A DNA stretch of 57,744 nucleotides from a virus (Duplodnaviria > Caudoviricetes): positions 1 through 57,744 of IMG/VR virus record IMGVR_UViG_3300025525_000003, one strand, 5' to 3'. Below the pieces are notes generated by a model that was given only the letters and a program-made list of their open reading frames with translations, did not search any database and was not told the origin of the DNA. This document shows positions 38,206 to 46,447 of the stretch, in pieces; positions within the stretch are counted from its first letter, which is position 1; each line of letters starts with the position of its first letter. The position numbers and the translations under genes are program-made.

Positions 38206-38384
38206 GGTGCCGCCGGGCGCTGTTGGCCGAACCAGAAGCCGATGGCCAGCGCCAAGAGCGGCGACCAGACGGCGAGGTAGTCATTGAAGGCGATGGCGCC
38301 ATTCACCAGCCCCCAAGCCGAGACGGCCTGGACGCAGACGACGAGGAACAGTGTGAGGATGGCCATGAAACCGAGTTGTTTCAT
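38202..38384 (-). CDS. Small two-TM membrane protein (second holin/antiholin candidate), 60 aa
   Basis: ATGA-coupled start MKQLGF; two hydrophobic segments ending LAIGFWFG. Confidence 0.55.
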   Translation of the reverse strand: MKQLGFMAILTLFLVVCVQAVSAWGLVNGAIAFNDYLAVWSPLLALAIGFWFGQQRPAAP

Positions 38385-39028
38385 GTGCACACCCCCCTGC
38401 CCCAGGCCAGATACTTCGGCTGATGGCGTTCGATGATCCGCTTCGGGTAGCCCAGGTTCTCCGCGCAGTGCTTGACGCTGCGGCTCGCCCGGCCGCATTG
38501 GGCATCCACGCTTCCCCTATCCTTGGGGTCTGCGGTCAGGCGGGCCTCCTTGAGCCAGTGGCCGAGCCCGCCGTTGTAGCTGCGCAGGACCGCCCACATG
38601 ATGTTGCATTCGGCTCCGGCCATGGACAGCCGGTCCCACAACCAGCGGTCGTACTGGATCAGGGCGCGCATCGCCCAGGTCGGGTTCGTGGTATCGCAGC
38701 CGGCGGGCAGGTTCGGGTAGGCGCCGCAGATCCAGCGGGCGGTAGCCGGCATGAACTGCGCCATGCCCGACGCCCCCACCGGCGAGACGGCATCCCGTCT
38801 CCAGCCTGATTCCTGGTGGATCTGGCCGGCAAAGGTGGCGATCGGGGCATTTAGCCCCCATATCAGCCGCGCCTGGCGCGTCAGGTCCGCCCGATGGCGG
38901 TTCGCCTCGGCCGGGATTTGGCCGAAGGCGCCGCTACTCCACAGAACAAGGACGACCAGCAGCCAGACGCCGATGGCGACCGGCCAGGACGGCTCCCAAT
39001 CCCCGTCGAATGGGGCTCTACGCGCCAA
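38381..39028 (-). CDS. Endolysin, SLT lytic transglycosylase family, with N-terminal hydrophobic anchor
   Basis: QIHQESGW...AVSPVGASGMAQFMPAT and SYNGGLG motifs. Confidence 0.88.
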   Translation of the reverse strand: MARRAPFDGDWEPSWPVAIGVWLLVVLVLWSSGAFGQIPAEANRHRADLTRQARLIWGLNAPIATFAGQIHQESGWRRDAVSPVGASGMAQFMPATARWICGAYPNLPAGCDTTNPTWAMRALIQYDRWLWDRLSMAGAECNIMWAVLRSYNGGLGHWLKEARLTADPKDRGSVDAQCGRASRSVKHCAENLGYPKRIIERHQPKYLAWGRGVCT

Positions 39029-39284
39029 GGGACACCCCGATGATGCAGGCCGACACGATCAAGGCGCGGCGGATCTGCGCCCAGGCCGAAAAGTAGCCAT
39101 CCAGCCGGTCCGGCCGGCCATACGGAAATAATCTGCGATCCAGCCAGTAGCCGCCCGCCCCGGCGATGGCCAGCAGCGACAGCTTGTATAGGGTGACGCC
39201 GATCTGCTGCGGCGCAATGATGGCGATCAGTGTGCCAAGGATCACGGCACCGATCAGCCAGTCGTCCATTCGGAATCGTTTCAT
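39018..39284 (-). CDS. Putative holin (2/3-TM family)
   Basis: PQQ.GV.LYKLSL...GYWLDR.LFPY.RP...RRALIV; directly upstream of the endolysin. Confidence 0.8.
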   Translation of the reverse strand: MKRFRMDDWLIGAVILGTLIAIIAPQQIGVTLYKLSLLAIAGAGGYWLDRRLFPYGRPDRLDGYFSAWAQIRRALIVSACIIGVSLGA

Positions 39285-39306
39285 GGCACCCCCGCGTCCT
39301 GTGATT

Positions 39307-39383
39307 TGGTTGCGGGGGTCGGACTTGAACCGACGACCTCGGGATTATGACTCCAGCGCTCTAACCAACTGAGCTACCCCGCT
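39307..39383 (-). tRNA. Phage tRNA with CAT anticodon (Met/fMet/Ile2 identity ambiguous)
   Basis: AGCGGGG-TA-GCTC..GAGC-G-CTGGA-GTCATAA-TCCCG..GTCGG-TTCAAGT-CCGAC-CCCCGCA-A-CCA cloverleaf. Confidence 0.85.
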
Positions 39384-39403
39384 CACGCGATGGTATGTCG
39401 GGG

Positions 39404-39417
39404 TTCTTGGTGTCCCC
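39404..39417 (-). promoter_or_regulatory. Candidate late-promoter element GGGGACACCAAGAA (copy 1)
   Basis: 8 nt upstream of -10-like TACCAT, which lies 6 nt before the tRNA 5' end; identical to 28015-28028. Confidence 0.5.
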
Positions 39418-39451
39418 GCGAAGCTGTCCATCGCTTATTGCGAAGAACTTC

Positions 39452-39913
39452 TCACCGGCCTTCCTTATTCTCGTTTTTTGGCGGAACCAACATCGGCATC
39501 CAGTGCGTCGGTTCCACAGTTACCGGCTCCCTGTTCATGCCTTGGTAGAACTCGCCCGTAGTCCAGCACGGCAGATAGAAAACGTCACTTCTGATTCTGC
39601 GAACATCTCCGTTATCAAGAAGTCCGAGAATCCAACTTCCATCGCGCGGCGCCGACTCAATTAACTGCCATTCCGTCACACGTCGCAATCGTTCGATTTC
39701 ATCAGCAGCCATACCACAATCTATCGACGAGCAAGAACAATCTGAAACTGTGCCAATGCTGGATATTTCCCGCATTCTGGCGACTATATCCTTCCAGTCT
39801 GAATCACTCTGATTCTTCATAGCGATCTCCCGAATCAACGCATTTAGCACGACTAGCGCTGCCGCCTCATTCTCGCATGCCCTGATCTTTCTGAGAGCGC
39901 TCAGGACATTCAT
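39452..39913 (-). CDS. DUF551-like phage protein
   Basis: WQLIESAPRDGSWILG...PTHWMP; ATGA-coupled start at 39913. Confidence 0.65.
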   Translation of the reverse strand: MNVLSALRKIRACENEAAALVVLNALIREIAMKNQSDSDWKDIVARMREISSIGTVSDCSCSSIDCGMAADEIERLRRVTEWQLIESAPRDGSWILGLLDNGDVRRIRSDVFYLPCWTTGEFYQGMNREPVTVEPTHWMPMLVPPKNENKEGR

Positions 39914-40182
39914 TTGGGTTTGCAGCACCGGCACCACGCCGGGAAGATGTTGACGTCGACCTCTCTCGCGGCAACGTAGATGTACGGTTTCCCCGTTCGG
40001 CGCAAGCCTGTTTGCTTGACATTGCCACGCGACGCGAGAACGTGCATGTAGGTGGCTACCGCTGTTGTCGGCACGCCAAGCCGCTGCGCAATCTGCTTTT
40101 GGGTAAGCCCAGGTTCTTGGGAAAGAATGGCCACGATTCTGTTTCTCATGTGCTCTCTTTTTTCTTTCAGGCCACGCCGCAT
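39910..40182 (-). CDS. Winged-helix DNA-binding protein
   Basis: IVAIL...PGLTQKQIAQRLGV...V..YM..L...G.V. Confidence 0.7.
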   Translation of the reverse strand: MRRGLKEKREHMRNRIVAILSQEPGLTQKQIAQRLGVPTTAVATYMHVLASRGNVKQTGLRRTGKPYIYVAAREVDVNIFPAWCRCCKPK

Positions 40183-40183
40183 T

Positions 40184-40612
40184 TCAGATTTCCGTGACGA
40201 CGACCCCGTGGATGGCCTTCAACTGGCGCACCTTGATGCGGTACGCCTTCTCCTTGCGTGTGGCCGGGCTCTTGACATCCTCGATCACGCGCTTGCCGGC
40301 CTTCGTCTCGTACATGAAGTCGCAGCGGTACTCGGTATTGCCGGGCAGCCCGAACCGCACTTGACGCGCCAGCCAGCGGATCTCGCCGGCCCGCAGCATG
40401 ACGCCCAACTCACGCCAGCGCCGCTCTTCCTTCTTCGAGTCGTGCCGGAGGCCTTCGGCGTCGACAACGACGTGGTTGCGGTACTTCTTGTCCCCGGGCG
40501 GCTTCGGGATGGCGGCCGGCTTCTCGCCCTTGACCTGGCCGACGGCAATCCCCCATGCGCTTTTGTTGCGCGCCTGGAGGGCTTCAAACTCGGCTGGATT
40601 CAACTTCAGCAT
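40184..40612 (-). CDS. DUF1064-like PD-(D/E)xK nuclease
   Basis: KYRN...HDSKKEERR..EL...RQV.F...YRCDF.Y....IEDVKS. Confidence 0.8.
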   Translation of the reverse strand: MLKLNPAEFEALQARNKSAWGIAVGQVKGEKPAAIPKPPGDKKYRNHVVVDAEGLRHDSKKEERRWRELGVMLRAGEIRWLARQVRFGLPGNTEYRCDFMYETKAGKRVIEDVKSPATRKEKAYRIKVRQLKAIHGVVVTEI

Positions 40613-40915
40613 CTACAACTCGAGGCAATCGAGTTGTCGACTCACGCCGGACGCGATCTCGTCGAGCCTTCCTATCTGTTCGCGGATCCTGGCACTCAGA
40701 TCACACGACGACACCCGCGTCAGCTTGCTGCTATCCGGTGCGGTCGGTTCGACTCGCGTTGCCTTGGCCAGGCGGCCCTGCAGTCTGGTGATGCCGCCAT
40801 CCAGGCGAGAAATAGCCGCTTCCAATTCTGCGAGGGCCGACGGAATATCCGTTTCCTTTGGCGTGTTGACCCCTTCTGCTCCTCCGTACGATGGCGCCAT
40901 AGCTGCTCTTTCCAT
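40613..40915 (-). CDS. Hypothetical coiled-coil protein
   Basis: AGGAG SD; 100 aa, co-oriented. Confidence 0.55.
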   Translation of the reverse strand: MERAAMAPSYGGAEGVNTPKETDIPSALAELEAAISRLDGGITRLQGRLAKATRVEPTAPDSSKLTRVSSCDLSARIREQIGRLDEIASGVSRQLDCLEL

Positions 40916-40982
40916 GTTTCTCTCCTATTGGATTCACAAGCGACGCGCCGACATGGCGCGCCGCGATTTCGATTGACAAGGT

Positions 40983-41039
40983 TTAGCAGCCCTTCTTGCC
41001 GCCGCCCTTGCCCTTGCCGCCTTTGCCTTTCTTGGCCAT
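40983..41039 (-). CDS. 18-aa Lys/Gly micropeptide MAKKGKGGKGKGGGKKGC (not in the ORF track)
   Basis: Preceded by AAAGGAGGTGAT SD; all Gly codons GGC; followed by a 10-bp hairpin. Confidence 0.6.
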   Translation of the reverse strand: MAKKGKGGKGKGGGKKGC

Positions 41040-41044
41040 CTAAA

Positions 41045-41374
41045 TCACCTCCTTTCGTCTTTCAATCCGATGATGCCAGCACCCCACAGGTAGGCCCAGG
41101 TGCGGTGCATGGCGTAGCAAAACATTTCCCACTTGTCGGCGCGGGTCGCCTGATAGCGCCCGGTCGGATCCATGCCGGCCCCTCCGTGGTCAAGCCACGC
41201 ATGACAGCGACAGCATAGGTGTGCCGAGAAAATATCCATGGCCTTGAAACCAACCCCCTTGCCAAGGTGCTGCCGGTTCGCGTGGGCAGCAACCACGGTG
41301 CCGTCCTGTGCGCCACAGTTCTGGCAGCATGCACCATTGGCGTGGTCAAGGAGTTTTCGGGCGCGGATGGTCAT
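41045..41374 (-). CDS. DUF1364/YbcO-like Zn-binding HNH-type nuclease
   Basis: CQNC...TVVAAH.N....KG.G.K..D......C..CH..LD. Confidence 0.75.
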   Translation of the reverse strand: MTIRARKLLDHANGACCQNCGAQDGTVVAAHANRQHLGKGVGFKAMDIFSAHLCCRCHAWLDHGGAGMDPTGRYQATRADKWEMFCYAMHRTWAYLWGAGIIGLKDERR

Positions 41375-41814
41375 TTGAATCTCACCCAATCCACGCCGCG
41401 CGCCGCGTAGTCGGACACGGCCATGGCGATGCGGACGGCCTTGACGGCATCGGCGCCGGCCATCAGCGCACCCAGCGCGATTTCCTGTCCGGCGCCGTGG
41501 GCATGAACGCCAGATCGGTATTGCATATAAATCAACCGCGAGTTCAGCCGCCAGATGCGCCGCTGGTCGTCAATCACTACCGCACAGTCTCGCGCCTGAT
41601 CATCGGCCAGGCATGGGCTTGGTGGCGGAGCGTCACACCGCATCCAGCGCAGAACATCGGCACAAAAAGCGCCATCACCAGAGAAAGCAACAAGGAAAGT
41701 GCGCCCATCCAGTGATCTCAGACGATGAACCTTCCTCACTGGCTGATGCAAGCCGTTGCTCCACGCCCCCCTGTCTGCCGCCAGCGTTCGACCATCCCAA
41801 GCTATGGTGGTCAT
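41371..41814 (-). CDS. Ntn-hydrolase (HslV/proteasome beta-like) phage protease
   Basis: Start M-TTIAWDGRTLAAD (Thr N-terminus); HGAG...ALGALMAGADA..AV..A...D. Confidence 0.7.
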   Translation of the reverse strand: MTTIAWDGRTLAADRGAWSNGLHQPVRKVHRLRSLDGRTFLVAFSGDGAFCADVLRWMRCDAPPPSPCLADDQARDCAVVIDDQRRIWRLNSRLIYMQYRSGVHAHGAGQEIALGALMAGADAVKAVRIAMAVSDYAARGVDWVRFK

Positions 41815-42038
41815 CTCGCCCCCAACCAGTGATGCCTGAACCCGCGATACCAGCCGGCGGTGTAGATGAAGGCAAGACAGAAAATCCCCCACTGCCCTGC
41901 CTGCCAGGTGGCGTAGAACCACGCCGGCTGCGCGGCCAGCCCGAAGATGCAGGCCCATCGCCGCACCGGCTCCCTGGGGTCATTCGTCAGCCATACCGAT
42001 GTCAGGCCGCAAATGCCGATGATGATCTGCTCGATCAC
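41811..42038 (-). CDS. Small Trp-rich membrane protein (PnuC-like half transporter)
   Basis: Three short hydrophobic segments; GL..QP.W.Y....QWG. Confidence 0.55.
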   Translation of the reverse strand: MIEQIIIGICGLTSVWLTNDPREPVRRWACIFGLAAQPAWFYATWQAGQWGIFCLAFIYTAGWYRGFRHHWLGAR

Positions 42039-42505
42039 GACACAAACCCCATCCTCTTATTCGTCATTGCGTGTTCACCGAACCTAGCAGTAACCGCAGC
42101 ATCAAAAGCTGCTGCGGCCTCAGCTTCCGTATCAAACGTCCCAAGAGTTATTGTTTTCCCGTCAACACGGAGGACAGCGCAAAATCGTCCTGATGGCCGT
42201 CTGTAAACCCCCTTGTATCCTGATTTTCCCCACCCCCTGCGGTTAGCATTCTGGAGTGATGGAGTTACCCACCTGCAATTGCCTGGTTCATAGCCGACTG
42301 TAGGATCTATCCTGTCGATTTGAAGTGAATCATTTGCCTCTCCCATATCCTCTAAGAAATTAGCGAATGATTCCCATCGATCACATACGGTTATTCCGGC
42401 ACCGCCGTAGTATCTGTAGAACATGTGATTTTTGTTCCGGCAACGATCTAGCATCGCTCGCCAGGCGTTGTACGTCCTAGTGCTGAGCCTCCAATATCTG
42501 GTCAT
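42035..42505 (-). CDS. HNH endonuclease with AP2-like C-terminal domain
   Basis: W.AM..RC...YGGAGITVCDRW..F.NF..DMG....IDRID...YEPGNCRW...N; SGYKGV...LGTFDT..EAA.A.D; AT-rich. Confidence 0.85.
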   Translation of the reverse strand: MTRYWRLSTRTYNAWRAMLDRCRNKNHMFYRYYGGAGITVCDRWESFANFLEDMGEANDSLQIDRIDPTVGYEPGNCRWVTPSLQNANRRGWGKSGYKGVYRRPSGRFCAVLRVDGKTITLGTFDTEAEAAAAFDAAVTARFGEHAMTNKRMGFVS

Positions 42506-43017
42506 TGCTCGAACTCCTCAAGCACCTGTTCCATCATCTCGGCACGCTGCGCCTCATCAAGGTGCGGCCACAGGTACTTGGCGGCATGCGGACCGCGCAG
42601 GAACGTCACTACCTGCTCGTGGTACTGGCGGAATTCTTCCTCGTCAGCCTTGGCATAACTGATTGACCTTGGAATCGGCACCACGCCGCCTTTCGGGCCG
42701 GCCGCCCACGTCACCCAGCCGGCGCCAACTTTCAGCCAGTAGCGGAACATTTCAAAGTTGTCGAACCGCTCCTGGGCGTCGAACAGGTGTTGCTCGATGG
42801 CCATGTGGAAACGGTGGAATGGGCCGCTGCGCGGAAACACCATGTCGACGGCAAGCATTTCACCTGGCTCGGACTCGACGAGGCGTTTCCAGACACGACG
42901 CCAGGCGCGCTTGTCGTCTCTATTGAAGCCATCCAGTGCACCGAACAGCAGTTCGCGCGCCGCGTCCATGTTCGCCGGCATGGCCTTGTCAGTTCTCAAA
43001 ATTGTGATCTTGCTCAT
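42502..43017 (-). CDS. DUF1367-like nin-region protein
   Basis: PR...FHR...F..FR.WL..GAG....P.SISYAK.D..EF; ATGA-coupled start. Confidence 0.7.
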   Translation of the reverse strand: MSKITILRTDKAMPANMDAARELLFGALDGFNRDDKRAWRRVWKRLVESEPGEMLAVDMVFPRSGPFHRFHMAIEQHLFDAQERFDNFEMFRYWLKVGAGWVTWAAGPKGGVVPIPRSISYAKADEEEFRQYHEQVVTFLRGPHAAKYLWPHLDEAQRAEMMEQVLEEFEQ

Positions 43018-43328
43018 GCCGCCCTCCAAACCCGCTCCGGCCGGCCGGAAGCCGATAGCCTTTCCTCGCCCGTCGGCGCCGCCTTGCCGGCCTTCTGCAG
43101 GTCCGGCAAGCGGCGCGCAACCTGAACAGCAGTCAGATGCGTGCGCTTGGCGATTTCGTCGATGGTCTGGCCGCCATACTCGCGCAGCGTGGTCAGGATG
43201 ACGGCGCAGTGGCCGCTGGCGAATTCGCGCACCCTGGCTGCGGCTTCATGGCTGGTGCCGGGATCGCCGCGGCGCGCGTGCGTGCGCGCGTCGAACTCGA
43301 TGGCCAATTGGATGCCGGAAAATCCCAT
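43014..43328 (-). CDS. Winged-helix protein
   Basis: ARRGDP.TS..AA...IL..L...G..T.DEIA.......V.RRLPDL; start at a TAATG overlap. Confidence 0.65.
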   Translation of the reverse strand: MGFSGIQLAIEFDARTHARRGDPGTSHEAAARVREFASGHCAVILTTLREYGGQTIDEIAKRTHLTAVQVARRLPDLQKAGKAAPTGEERLSASGRPERVWRAA

Positions 43329-43414
43329 TACTTTCTCCACGCGCGTTTCTGCAACCACATGATCGCCTTGGTTATGGCGCGCTCGGCACGGGTCATTTCG
43401 ATGCCGAAGAACAT
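43328..43414 (-). CDS. Very small hypothetical protein (28 aa)
   Basis: Stop/start overlaps at both ends (MFFGIEMTRAER...). Confidence 0.4.
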   Translation of the reverse strand: MFFGIEMTRAERAITKAIMWLQKRAWRK

Positions 43415-43728
43415 CACGCCGCCCGCCTTTCCTCGGCACGCGCCGCCAGCGCTCTGGATTCGGCCGCCCTGGTCGCGGCGGCTGTCTTCGCCAGAAACTT
43501 CCTCGCCTCTCCCGCCGCCTCGGCAAGGTACTGGCGGGCACCGTCGGCGTCGGTCTTCCACCAGTGCCGGAAGTCGGCGCGCAGTTCCTCGACTTGAGCC
43601 TCGGTCCAGCCGATCGTCAGGTGATGGCATGAGAGGTCTTCCATGTCCTGCCTGGCCTGCTCGTCCAGGTCGCCGGCCTTGACGCGCATCTGCGAGAAGC
43701 GGGCCGCGGCGTCAGTCGTCTTCGCCAT
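43414..43728 (-). CDS. Hypothetical protein
   Basis: GGAGG SD; overlaps the dnaB end. Confidence 0.55.
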   Translation of the reverse strand: MAKTTDAAARFSQMRVKAGDLDEQARQDMEDLSCHHLTIGWTEAQVEELRADFRHWWKTDADGARQYLAEAAGEARKFLAKTAAATRAAESRALAARAEERRAA

Positions 43729-45094
43729 AGCGCCTCCGGGTCTTTGGCTTAAGTTCTGTCACGCGGCGCGTGCCCTGGTAGGCGCAGTCCTCGAAACGAA
43801 CGTACTGGCCAAGGAAGGTTAGCCGCGCCATGCCGGTCGCCCCCTGGCGCTGCTTGCGAATGAGGACTTCCGCCGTGCCGGCGTCGGGCGAGTCCGAGTG
43901 ATAAACCTCGTCCCGATAGACGAACATGATTACGTCGGCGTCCTGCTCGAGGGCGCCGCTGTCTCGCAAGTCCGACATCATCGGCCGCCTGTCGGTGCGT
44001 TCCTCGCACTTGCGCGAGAGTTGCGACAGCGCCACCACCGGCACATTCAGTTCCTTGGCCAGCGCTTTTAGGCCGCGCGAGATTTCCTCAAGCTGGCTGT
44101 TGCGGTTGTCGCCGTCGCCTTGCATGAGTTGAAGGTAGTCGACCACCACCAGCCCCAGGCCATGCTTGCGCCGACAGGAACGGGCCTTGGCGCGCACATC
44201 CATGACGGTGAGGGCCGGCTGATCGTCGATCACCACGCGGGCCTCGGAGAGCCGCGCGATCGCGCCTGCCATGCGGTCGGCGTTCTCGCCATGCACATGA
44301 CCGTGGATCACGTCCTGCAGCGGCACCCGGCCGACAGAGGCGAGCATGCGGCTGCCCAACTGGACTTCCGACATTTCCATCGACAGCACCAGCGGGATGC
44401 CGCCGTCCAGGGCGAAACTCTGCGCGATCTGCACGCCAAGCGTCGTCTTACCCATGGCCGGCCTGCCGGCGATCAGGACCAGATCACCCGGCTGCAGGCC
44501 ACCCGACAAGGCTTGATCGAGATCCGCCAGCCCCGTCGGTACGCCGATCACCTGGCCGTTCATGCGGCGATCCATTTCGTCGAGGACGGACACCAGCACG
44601 TCTTTCAGCAGGCGCGGTTCCCGCGGCGCGGCGCCTTCGGTGAGCGACATCACCAGCGCCTGCGCATGGTTCAGCTTGTCCATGACGCCGCGTGTTTTGT
44701 CATAGACCGTCGCCGCGATCTCGTCGCCCACCGCCATCAGGCTGCGCTCCAGCGCCCGCTCACGGACGATGCGCGCGTAGTTGTGGATGTTCGCCGCCGA
44801 GGCCGTGCTGGAGGCCAGATCGACGAGATAGGCCTGCCCGCCGGCATTGTCCAGGTCGCCGGACTCGCGCAGCGCTTCGGCCACCGTCAGGATGTCCGCC
44901 TCGCGTCCGCTCTGGATCTGGCCGACGATGGCGCGGTAGATGCGCTTGTGATCGTCGCGGTAGAAGTGTTCCGGTAGGACGCTGCCGATGCGGTCAATCG
45001 CCTCGTTGTCGAGCAGCAGGCCGCCCAGCAGGGATTGCTCGGCCTCGATGCTCATGGGCGGCAGTTTCAGTTCCGGCGCGTTGGGGTGATTCAT
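43712..45094 (-). CDS. dnaB: Replicative DNA helicase DnaB
   Basis: PP.SIEAEQSLLG; AGRPAMGKT; VVDYLQLM; ALSQLSR..E.R..RRP..SDLRDSG.LEQDAD. Confidence 0.95.
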   Translation of the reverse strand: MNHPNAPELKLPPMSIEAEQSLLGGLLLDNEAIDRIGSVLPEHFYRDDHKRIYRAIVGQIQSGREADILTVAEALRESGDLDNAGGQAYLVDLASSTASAANIHNYARIVRERALERSLMAVGDEIAATVYDKTRGVMDKLNHAQALVMSLTEGAAPREPRLLKDVLVSVLDEMDRRMNGQVIGVPTGLADLDQALSGGLQPGDLVLIAGRPAMGKTTLGVQIAQSFALDGGIPLVLSMEMSEVQLGSRMLASVGRVPLQDVIHGHVHGENADRMAGAIARLSEARVVIDDQPALTVMDVRAKARSCRRKHGLGLVVVDYLQLMQGDGDNRNSQLEEISRGLKALAKELNVPVVALSQLSRKCEERTDRRPMMSDLRDSGALEQDADVIMFVYRDEVYHSDSPDAGTAEVLIRKQRQGATGMARLTFLGQYVRFEDCAYQGTRRVTELKPKTRRRYGEDD

Positions 45095-45981
45095 GCGGCC
45101 TCCCGCGTGGCAAGGTCGGCCTGCCGGCCAACCGTGGTGAGGACAAACCCGTTATCGGCCGCGCGCCAGAGATCGAACCAGTTGCCCTCGATGGCGTTGA
45201 GGAAGTGCCGGCGCCAGTCGATGTAGCGCTTGGCCTTGTAGCCGGCGTCGTTGAGGTAGCGGTCGCAGAACTTCGCCCAGGCGATCTGGATCCAGTCCGG
45301 GTCAAGTCCGACCGCCTTGGCGTGGTCCCAAACCGGCTGATAGGTCGAGATCGGTTTCTCGCCTTTTGACTTGATGACTTCCAGCCATGCCTTGAAAATG
45401 ATTTTCTTCGGCTTTGGGGGGGTCTCTTTATTTCCGTTAGGAAATAAAGAGGGGGGTGTACACTGTTCCTGTTCCTGAATGCACATATTCTTGCCGATAG
45501 GCTTTCGCATAGGCTTTGCACAAGCCTTGTCGAATGCCTCGACGAATGCCTCTGGATTGTTACAATCCATTGATTTAAGGGTATTTCTTAGCGCCTCCCA
45601 AGCCTGTGCTTTGAGGTCACAATCGGGCAGCAAACTCCATGTTTTGCCCCATCCGATGACCACCTTCGGAGACTGCGGCAGGTTGTATTTCAGGGCGTTC
45701 GGCACCCAGATCAGACGGGCCTTGAAATCGGCTATGGCCAAGCCTTGCGCATAGACTTCCGCATAGGCTATGTCGAAGGCTTCAAGGGACCATTCCAGTT
45801 GTTCGGCCATGGCGGCGCGGCCGATCGACATCAAGCCGGGAATGTTCGAGGTTTGTTCGCCAACCAACAGCACCAACCAGAGGGACTGGCCGCAGGGCTG
45901 TAGTCTGGACAAGCTGCGGAACTTCTCATCGGCCCACATGCCGATCGAGACGCGCCGGTAAGGACTGAGTTCTCTACTCAC
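45091..45981 (-). CDS. Phage replication initiator (O-like)
   Basis: YR.V...MW.D.KF..LS N-terminus; DW...F.NA C-terminus; lies between the cII position and dnaB. Confidence 0.7.
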   Translation of the reverse strand: MSRELSPYRRVSIGMWADEKFRSLSRLQPCGQSLWLVLLVGEQTSNIPGLMSIGRAAMAEQLEWSLEAFDIAYAEVYAQGLAIADFKARLIWVPNALKYNLPQSPKVVIGWGKTWSLLPDCDLKAQAWEALRNTLKSMDCNNPEAFVEAFDKACAKPMRKPIGKNMCIQEQEQCTPPSLFPNGNKETPPKPKKIIFKAWLEVIKSKGEKPISTYQPVWDHAKAVGLDPDWIQIAWAKFCDRYLNDAGYKAKRYIDWRRHFLNAIEGNWFDLWRAADNGFVLTTVGRQADLATREAA

Positions 45982-45999
45982 ACTCCCCCCCTGGTTGAT

Positions 46000-46194
46000 T
46001 TAGTTGAATAGGTCGGGCTGACGCCGCGCAGGGAGGGAACGCCGCGTCAGTGGGGTATTTCCCCGTCCCGGTTGATTGATGGCCGCACGGATGGTTTTCA
46101 GCAGCAGCTGAATTTGGTAACGCTTGGTTTCCCGATGCTTGAGCAAGGGAATCCTTTGCGCCTGACTATTGGCGACTCGCCATAAATCAACCAT
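46000..46194 (-). CDS. Small basic hypothetical protein
   Basis: GGAG SD; overlaps the upstream stop. Confidence 0.4.
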   Translation of the reverse strand: MVDLWRVANSQAQRIPLLKHRETKRYQIQLLLKTIRAAINQPGRGNTPLTRRSLPARRQPDLFN

Positions 46195-46447
46195 GGTTCT
46201 CCCCTTGCCCCATTCCCGCCCTGCCCTGTTGCCGGTTCTGGATTAACCTGATCCTCCAGATGGTTCCGTACAGGTGGTCGTGAATGAGGTCACGCAGATA
46301 CTCGGAAACGGTTTGCCCATGCAGGACGGCCAGCGCCGACAGTCGGTCACGGTCTTCCTCGGACAGATGCGTCTTTGCTTCGGTAGTGGATTTTCCGGTC
46401 GGATTGCTGTTGGTGCTGCGCGCGAAAACCGGGTGTTCGTCGCTCAT
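46187..46447 (-). CDS. Ribbon-helix-helix-like regulator in the cII position
   Basis: ATGA-coupled to cro; L..LA...GQTVSEYLRDLI. Confidence 0.6.
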   Translation of the reverse strand: MSDEHPVFARSTNSNPTGKSTTEAKTHLSEEDRDRLSALAVLHGQTVSEYLRDLIHDHLYGTIWRIRLIQNRQQGRAGMGQGENHG

